DNA of 13,655 bases, taken from NCBI GenBank assembly GCA_019358935.1, contig JAHHIK010000159.1:1-13655 (forward strand), written 5' to 3'. This DNA is from Tolypothrix carrinoi HA7290-LM1. Lineage in GTDB: Bacteria > Cyanobacteriota > Cyanobacteriia > Cyanobacteriales > Nostocaceae. The translations under genes were made by a program, and so were the position numbers. Positions 7,948-13,655 of this stretch are shown piece by piece. Every line of letters begins with the position of its first letter. The stretch's first letter is position 1. The notes under the pieces were generated by a model. It was not told where the DNA came from, ran no database searches, and saw only the letters and a list, made by a program, of their open reading frames with translations.

Positions 7948-8877
7948 ATGAACGTTGATTATAACAGAAAATTGCTGACCCAGTTCGCAGGACTAGTGGG
8001 AGCAACCGGTGCTAGTTTCCTGATGATTTTTTCGGCTAGAGCCAATGAGGTACTAAATCCTAACCCTGGTATTTTCTCAGAAGCGCCCTACAATCGCGGT
8101 CAACGTGTTTTGGTAAACGCTGAATATACACCGACTGAGCCAGAATTAGCCAAAAAGGACAAGAAGCCTGCACCAGGGAAAAACACCGTATCTCAAAGTA
8201 ACCAAAGAGGCGGTGTAAGTCCTAGACCTAGTATTTTCAACGAGGCTCCTTATAACCGTGGTGGTGGCACTACACCTAGTCAAACACCTAACGCAACACC
8301 TACTACCCCGTCTACTACCCCAGGCGCTACACCGATCCCAACACCCACACCTGGAACTACAGAGACACCCACCATACCCGGAAGTACAGGAACACCCTCT
8401 ACACCGCCAACTCGTACACCCAGAGAAACGACACCGCCGGGAGGAAGTTCTAGCACTCAAGGTAAGACCTTGTTAGCGCTAGCGGAAGCGGACGGCTCTT
8501 TTAAAACTTTAACTAAGGCTTTGAAAGCAGCTGGATTGACAGAAACTTTACAAGGTAAAGATAATTACACCATTTTTGCGCCCACGGATGCGGCATTTGC
8601 TAAATTACCACAAGATGCGGTGCGCGATTTATTGAAGCCAGAAAATAAAGAAGTATTGCTCAAGGTTTTGCGATACCATGTGGTAAAAGGTCAATTATTA
8701 TCTACTGATTTGAAATCTGGCGAAGTGAAAAGCGTTGAAGGCGGTGCGATTAACGTTAAAGTTGATCCAGCAGCTGGCGTAACCGTTAATGAAGCTAAGG
8801 TGACTAAGGCAGATATCAGAGGTAGCAATGGTGTTATCCATGCGATCGATCAAGTGATTTTACCTCCCAGTTTGTAA
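7948..8877 (+). CDS. Fasciclin (FAS1) domain protein with signal peptide and Pro/Thr-rich linker
   Basis: Signal peptide ending A-R-A; TP-rich linker; FAS1 motifs YTIFAPTDAAF, LRYHVV, DI..SNGVIHAIDQVILP. Confidence 0.95.
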   Translation: MNVDYNRKLLTQFAGLVGATGASFLMIFSARANEVLNPNPGIFSEAPYNRGQRVLVNAEYTPTEPELAKKDKKPAPGKNTVSQSNQRGGVSPRPSIFNEAPYNRGGGTTPSQTPNATPTTPSTTPGATPIPTPTPGTTETPTIPGSTGTPSTPPTRTPRETTPPGGSSSTQGKTLLALAEADGSFKTLTKALKAAGLTETLQGKDNYTIFAPTDAAFAKLPQDAVRDLLKPENKEVLLKVLRYHVVKGQLLSTDLKSGEVKSVEGGAINVKVDPAAGVTVNEAKVTKADIRGSNGVIHAIDQVILPPSL

Positions 8878-8907
8878 TTTCATAAGTTTTCAGATGTGAA
8901 TAACAAT

Positions 8908-8941
8908 AACCCGTCCAAACTAACATTTGAACGGGTTTTTT
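8908..8941 (+). terminator. Intrinsic terminator after the fasciclin gene
   Basis: AACCCGTCCAAA / TTTGAACGGGTT stem followed by a T tract. Confidence 0.75.
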
Positions 8942-8998
8942 AACGTGCTTGACAAAATAGGATTTACGCACTTCCTTCGTCGTTACCATTGAATTGAC

Positions 8999-9027
8999 GT
9001 AGGGGCAATTCATGAAGGGTCTCCTAC
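8999..9027. repeat. Degenerate GTAG-type REP-like palindrome
   Basis: GTAGGGGCAATTCATGAAGGGTCTCCTAC resembles the cyanobacterial GTAGGGGCAATTCATGAATTGCCCCTAC repeat, with an altered right arm. Confidence 0.6.
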
Positions 9028-9032
9028 AAGAC

Positions 9033-9396
9033 TTAATAGTGCTGCAATGTAGCATCAATTTGCAGCTTAATTTCTTGATTGTTAGTGTTTTTCATCTTTT
9101 CCAAAGCTGTAACTACGGCGCGATGGCGAAGCGCCCGCATAATTGCGATCGCCATATACAATTTGTCCCAGTCGCTTGACTGTATAAAGCTTGTATGCAT
9201 CGTCAGTATGCTGCAACTCAGTAAGTAAATATGCTTTATCACTAGTAGCTACTGCACTGTGATTAGCGTAACTTCCTTGTAGATAATAACCGCGAATTCT
9301 ATTTGAAAAACTCTGCTCAAGCAAGTTGATGATTTCACACAGTAATAAGTCAACCTTGGGGACTTTGGTTGAGTTGAGGAGAGTAATATTATTCAT
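9033..9396 (-). pseudogene. Nucleotidyltransferase (Pol-beta/MNT-like) domain pseudogene, internally deleted and frameshifted
   Basis: IRGYYLQGSYA......TSD is the hGS...DxD signature, cut off before the second Asp. The helical C-terminal part is split across ORFs 9082..9396 and 9033..9242 by a 25-nt insertion at 9120-9144. Confidence 0.7.
9120..9144. mobile_element. 25-nt small dispersed repeat (SDR-like) insertion at a HIP1 site
   Basis: GCGATGGCGAAGCGCCCGCATAATT lies directly before GCGATCGC (9145-9152). GCGAT is duplicated, there is a mini-hairpin GGCG-AAG-CGCC, and removing the segment restores the reading frame. Confidence 0.7.
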
Positions 9397-9414
9397 CAGC
9401 TTTTGCGAAAATTG

Positions 9415-10920
9415 CTACTTGCGTGTATAACGATGCTTCACGCCAACAGGGAAATATTCCGGATCGCCAAGTGGTGTTAATATGACTTTTGGCATTTGAT
9501 ATTCTGGGGGGACGTAGTTAGCAAACTCGCTATTGAGGCGCTTCAATTGTGAGAGAATTGAATTGGCGATCGCTTGAGTTTTCTCTTCACTTCCTTCCAC
9601 CTGAGGTGCTAACTCCACAACCACAGATAAAAAGCGGTTCTTGTCTGCATCTTCCTTCACCTGCAATACAAACTTACCCGTCACCCATTCTTTAATTACA
9701 GATTGCTCTAATCCTATCGTTACATTTTCTGGGTAAATATTCGCGCCAAAGTAAGAAACTGTAAAATTAGAACGTCCGAAAACATAAACAAAAGGTAATT
9801 GATTAATTCCCCTTCCACCCTGATTTTCTAACTCTACCAGCGGATTAAATCCCCACTCTGCCAAAAATTCCAACATGGCATCATAACTAATTATCCCCCC
9901 AGTATCTAAAATGTTATAACGCACCAAGGGAATACCATTATCTCCCGTAAAGAACAACGTACCATTTTCAACTTCAAAAAAGCGGCTTATCGGGTCATAC
10001 TGTAGCAAAGTAGGTAAACGAGATTCCCCAAATAAAGCTTTCGCAGCATCAGGATTTTCTGCCAAAAAACGGCGAATACAAATACTTAAAGGTGTTTCAT
10101 TAGCCAAAACACCTGCATCCGCAGTTCCATAAAGTGATGCTGAATCGTAACAGAAATTTTGCGAACCTATTCTTTCACCAACCAAACTGCGCCATTCTTC
10201 ACTAAATACTTCCCCTGCCATAACTAGCTTAACTTGATATTGCTGCCATTCCACACCACGAGCAATACCAGTGTCAATTACATCTTTCAGAAATGGCGGA
10301 TATCCTAACAATACAACTTGCTCGAAAGCTGAACCAAGTTCCTGCACAACTCGCAAGATTTCTTCTTTGTTGTTACCAGGTGTAATTACTGTGATAGGAT
10401 AACCTTTGCTGGCAAGATAGCGACAACAATTAGTTGTAAACATTCCACCTACCCAGGTTCCTAAAGTGAAACAAATCACAGCTAAAGTGCTTTTAGAATC
10501 TGCCTGAAAGCTGTCATGAAATATCTGCTCAAAGCGGATCGCAATTTGCAGTTCATCTGTGAAGAAACGAGTCCAAAATGTCGGTTTCCCTGTTGAACCT
10601 GAAGAAGCAGCTATCATGTCACATGCTTGTAATCCATAGCGACACAAATCAGCTAAAGGATGACGCGAGATATAATTTTCTTTGGTAATGAGAGGTAGTT
10701 TCTGGAAATCCTCAAAGGTTTCGATGGAAGCGGGATTTATATTCTGTTGTGCTAAAAAAGTCTTGTAAGCCGGTACGTTAGCAGCGATTTCGTGAAATAA
10801 TGCCAAAGCTGCTGATTCGCTTTTACTATTTATATGGCGTTGTAGTAGGGTTTCTAAAGGTGTAGTTATAAACTCTTGAAAAGCCCTAATTGCCCGCTGC
10901 TGTTGTGATTCGCTGTTCAT
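9415..10920 (-). CDS. Phenylacetate-CoA ligase family protein (ANL adenylate-forming superfamily); substrate unknown
   Basis: VPAY, FQKLPLITK, ASSGSTGKP P-loop, MAGE, YGTAD, PLVRYNILD, GRS....YFGANIYP. Confidence 0.9.
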   Translation of the reverse strand: MNSESQQQRAIRAFQEFITTPLETLLQRHINSKSESAALALFHEIAANVPAYKTFLAQQNINPASIETFEDFQKLPLITKENYISRHPLADLCRYGLQACDMIAASSGSTGKPTFWTRFFTDELQIAIRFEQIFHDSFQADSKSTLAVICFTLGTWVGGMFTTNCCRYLASKGYPITVITPGNNKEEILRVVQELGSAFEQVVLLGYPPFLKDVIDTGIARGVEWQQYQVKLVMAGEVFSEEWRSLVGERIGSQNFCYDSASLYGTADAGVLANETPLSICIRRFLAENPDAAKALFGESRLPTLLQYDPISRFFEVENGTLFFTGDNGIPLVRYNILDTGGIISYDAMLEFLAEWGFNPLVELENQGGRGINQLPFVYVFGRSNFTVSYFGANIYPENVTIGLEQSVIKEWVTGKFVLQVKEDADKNRFLSVVVELAPQVEGSEEKTQAIANSILSQLKRLNSEFANYVPPEYQMPKVILTPLGDPEYFPVGVKHRYTRK

Positions 10921-10949
10921 GGTACTTATATTTTTATGACTATCCTGGA

Positions 10950-11017
10950 GGGGGGGGACGAGGGGACAAGGGGGACAAGGAGGACAAGGAGGACAAGGAG
11001 GACAAGGAGGACAAGGA
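10950..11017 (+). repeat. Nonamer tandem repeat (GGACAAGGA/GGACAAGGG) x~6-7 preceded by a poly-G run
   Basis: Read directly from the sequence. Confidence 0.9.
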
Positions 11018-11035
11018 AGAATTTATTCTTTATTT

Positions 11036-11098
11036 CCCCATTACCGATTAGCCATTACCAATTACCCATTACCCATTACCAATTACCCACTCCCCATT
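11036..11098 (+). repeat. Heptamer array (CCCATTA/CCAATTA) x~9
   Basis: Read directly from the sequence. Confidence 0.9.
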
Positions 11099-11169
11099 CA
11101 TAATTTTGCGTAAATGAGGCTGCACCTGTTGTAGCAATAAAGAAAACCCTTCATTCACCCTTGGGCATT

Positions 11170-12831
11170 ATGCAAGTCTATTGCAGTAAACAACACGCAA
11201 ATAATCAGAGTAACCGATTTTGTATCCACTGCGGTGAACCGTTGCCTCTTGCTACGGGGAAGGTGGTGGAGAATCGCTATCATATTTTACGGCAATTGGG
11301 GCAGGGCGGTTTTGGACGCACTTATTTGGCTGTTGATAAAAATCAATCGAATCAAAATTGTGTGCTGAAGGAATTTGCACCCCAAGTTGAAGCACAACAA
11401 GATTTACTAAAAGCGAAAGAATTATTTGAACGCGAAGCAAGTGTTTTAAAGAAACTTCAGCATCCGCAAATTCCCCGTTTTCACGCTTCTTTACAAGCGA
11501 AGTTAGGTGATAAAGATTTTTTCTTTTTGGTGCAAGATTATGTGGAGGGTGAAAATTATTATGAGTTGTTAGAACGTAAAACTTTTAGTGAAGAAGAGGT
11601 AATTAAGCTTCTGCAAGAAATTTTACCTGTGTTCTCGTATATTCACTCACTTGATGTCGTTCACCGCGATATTTCTCCTGATAATTTGATTTTGCGGAGT
11701 TCTGATAAGTTGCCGGTGTTGATTGATTTTGGGGGTGTGAAGCAATTACCCGCGAGTAAGGGTTTTTGGTTTACTCAGTTGGGTGGAAATCGCACGTTGT
11801 TGGGTAAAAAGGGTTACGCGCCAGAAGAACAGTTACGTCAGGGGAAGGCGTTTGCTAGTAGCGATTTGTACTCTTTGGCGGTGACGGCGCTGGTATTATT
11901 GACAGGTAAGGAACCGCAACATCTTTACGACAGTTATCAAGCTGTTTGGCGTTGGGGAAAGGAAATTCAAGTCAGTTCGCAACTGGAAGCTGTGTTAAAA
12001 AGGATGCTTGCTTATAAACCAAGCGATCGCTATCAAACAGCGAATGAAGTTATCAAAGATTTAAACTTTTCTATCGCTGTCAAAGCTGCAAATCCACACA
12101 TCACCAAGCTGAAAACTATGATAGCCGCTCCTGGGCGACAACGCGCTGGTGCTGTTGTCAGCAATCTCCACAAAAGAACGCAATTGATCGCCGGTGCGCT
12201 ACCTTTACCTGTTTGGCTTCGTCCTTTTGCTGTTAGTCTTATTGGGACAACTGCGGTTGTTTTAACTTTCGCTGGTACTTGGGCGGTAGTAAATGCTATT
12301 GGGCGTGCTGTATCATCAATATCTGTTCCCTCAATTTCTCTACCGATACCGGGGGGATCGAATCCGGAAAGTAAACCGGCAAATAATAAAGATATAAGTC
12401 AAATTGTTAATCGCCGTGAAGAATTAGAAATTCCTCAAGTATTTTTTACTCGAACTGTAGATAATTTATTTTATACTGAAAAGCCAGAATTACAAGGACG
12501 TCCCCTGAAATCTAACTCGGAAGATGCTGCTTTACGCAAAGAATGGTACGGTGTCGCTGATGACTTGCTAGATAAATTAGAACAAGCTAAACTCAGTAGC
12601 GCATCGCGTCGTAAGTTAGGAAATTACGGTTCTCAAGATTACGACGTTTGGAGACGCAAAGCGCAAGCAGGACAGTTAGGTGATTATACAATCAGTCAAT
12701 TGAACAGAGACACAAATCAAAAATTCGATCGCTTGTTTCCCGGTCAGCGACGTGGGAAACTCAATCAAAAGACTCTCGGTCAAATTTGGTATGCGATCGC
12801 TGCCGATCAAGTTAGTAAACGACAACAATAA
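11170..12831 (+). CDS. Hanks-type Ser/Thr protein kinase with N-terminal Zn ribbon, one TM helix and a C-terminal helical domain (ATG 11170 preferred over TTG 11161)
   Basis: CSKQHAN....RFCIHCG; LGQGGFGRTY, VLKEF, HRDISPDN, IDFG, GYAPEEQ, SDLYSL; hydrophobic FAVSLIGTTAVVLTFAGTWAVV. Confidence 0.95.
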   Translation: MQVYCSKQHANNQSNRFCIHCGEPLPLATGKVVENRYHILRQLGQGGFGRTYLAVDKNQSNQNCVLKEFAPQVEAQQDLLKAKELFEREASVLKKLQHPQIPRFHASLQAKLGDKDFFFLVQDYVEGENYYELLERKTFSEEEVIKLLQEILPVFSYIHSLDVVHRDISPDNLILRSSDKLPVLIDFGGVKQLPASKGFWFTQLGGNRTLLGKKGYAPEEQLRQGKAFASSDLYSLAVTALVLLTGKEPQHLYDSYQAVWRWGKEIQVSSQLEAVLKRMLAYKPSDRYQTANEVIKDLNFSIAVKAANPHITKLKTMIAAPGRQRAGAVVSNLHKRTQLIAGALPLPVWLRPFAVSLIGTTAVVLTFAGTWAVVNAIGRAVSSISVPSISLPIPGGSNPESKPANNKDISQIVNRREELEIPQVFFTRTVDNLFYTEKPELQGRPLKSNSEDAALRKEWYGVADDLLDKLEQAKLSSASRRKLGNYGSQDYDVWRRKAQAGQLGDYTISQLNRDTNQKFDRLFPGQRRGKLNQKTLGQIWYAIAADQVSKRQQ

Positions 12832-12982
12832 GGATAGTGGTTAGTGGTTAGTTGATAGTGGTTGGTGGTTGGTGGATAGTGGTTGGTGGATAGTGGTTGG
12901 TGGATAGTAGTTAGTTGATAGTGGTTGGTGGTTAGTGGATAGTAGTTAGTTGATAGTGGTAAGTGGTTAGTTGATAGTGGTT
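12832..12982 (+). repeat. Heptamer array (GTGGTTA/GTGGTTG/GTGGATA/GTTGATA) x~21
   Basis: Read directly from the sequence. Confidence 0.95.
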
Positions 12983-12993
12983 CATAAAATAAT

Positions 12994-13104
12994 TAACAAC
13001 CAACAACCAACAACTAACAACCAACAACCAACAACCAACAACCAACAACTAACAACCAACAACCAACAACCAACATCCAACAACTAACATCCAACCACTA
13101 ACTA
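12994..13104 (+). repeat. Heptamer array (CAACCAA/CAACTAA) x~15, inverted relative to 12832-12982
   Basis: Read directly from the sequence. Confidence 0.95.
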
Positions 13105-13111
13105 AATTATT

Positions 13112-13537
13112 ATGAATCCTGTTTATTGTTCCAAGGGACACGAAAATCCTGCTGGTAGTCGCTTTTGTCTTCATTGTGGTGAAAAGTTAAATCAAAATCT
13201 GATGAGTCAGGGTATCCAACCGGGACAAACTTTAGGCGATCGCTATATTATTGTACGTCTACTCGGTCAAGGCGGGTTCGGACGCACTCATTTAGCTGAA
13301 GATATCAACCGCTTTCGGGAACTTTGTGTTTTAAAGGAATTTTCTCCCCAAGTTCAAACTCCTTACGTTTTACAAAAAGCTGAAGAACTGTTTCAGCGAG
13401 AAGCAACTGTTCTTTACAAATTGCAACATCCGCAAATTCCCCGCTTCCGGGAATTGTTTCGCAGCAACTTGGGGGGTAAAGAATACCTGTTTTTGGTGCA
13501 AGATTATGTAGAAGGGCAACCTTACAACGCTTTATAA
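13112..13537 (+). pseudogene. Second Zn-ribbon Ser/Thr kinase, truncated after subdomain V by an IS insertion
   Basis: Paralog of 11170..12831 (CSKGHEN..FCLHCG, LGQGGFGRT, VLKEF, LVQDYVEG). It stops before HRD/DFG, and the TAA is created at the TTTAT|AAG junction. Confidence 0.85.
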
Positions 13538-13655
13538 GAGGTATGCTGAAAACCCCTTGGCTTTAGCCAGGGGATGAAAGCTACGATGCAGGGTTAACCA
13601 AGCGCCGTGATATTTTCTTTTAGTGGTTCCGGCAAAGTATCAAGCAAGTCTTCAA
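13536..13655. mobile_element. IS200/IS605-family element left end (continues beyond the window)
   Basis: Begins after TTTAT (13531-13535); subterminal imperfect hairpin CCCCTTGGCT-TT-AGCCAGGGG (13553-13573); kinase similarity is lost abruptly at this point. Confidence 0.78.
13594..13655 (-). CDS. C-terminal tail of a small IS-borne protein, possibly ribbon-helix-helix type (partial)
   Basis: Minus strand reads ..EDLLDTLPEPLKENITALG* (TAA 13596-13594), pointing into the IS end. It resembles the 'IEDLIDSLP' tail of small proteins I recall next to cyanobacterial tnpB genes. Only 19 residues are visible. Confidence 0.45.
   Translation of the reverse strand, partial: EDLLDTLPEPLKENITALG

Noticed and set aside
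6933..11440. ORFs 6933..7115, 8146..8460, 8258..8476, 8834..9058 and 11252..11440
   Set aside because: They overlap real genes, terminators or repeats in other frames and have implausible composition.
12832..13104. Possible CRISPR array (also considered for the other repeat tracts)
   Set aside because: Contiguous 7-14-nt units without unique spacers, and no cas genes.

Overview
AT-rich chromosomal DNA from a filamentous, probably heterocyst-forming (Nostocales-type) cyanobacterium, judged from about a dozen perfect HIP1 sites (GCGATCGC) and heptameric STRR-type arrays. The intact genes are ordinary: cobO, a conserved secreted hypothetical protein, a group 2 sigma factor (SigB-like), a HerA-like ATPase, a GST, a fasciclin protein, a phenylacetate-CoA-ligase-family enzyme and a Zn-ribbon Ser/Thr kinase. 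The unannotated signal is mobile DNA and gene decay: (i) at the left edge an IS982 transposase fragment is fused to the 3' end and right end of a tnpB (IS200/IS605) element, next to a DUF6508-like pseudogene; (ii) a 25-nt insertion at a HIP1 site frameshifts an already internally deleted nucleotidyltransferase gene; (iii) a ~113-bp REP/MITE-like palindromic element; (iv) at the right edge an IS200/IS605-type left end, inserted after TTTAT, truncates a second kinase and carries the tail of a small ORF that does not look like TnpA; (v) paired inverted G-rich/C-rich heptamer arrays. I do not see convincing evidence of a new multi-gene system. All family assignments come from motif recognition, not database searches.
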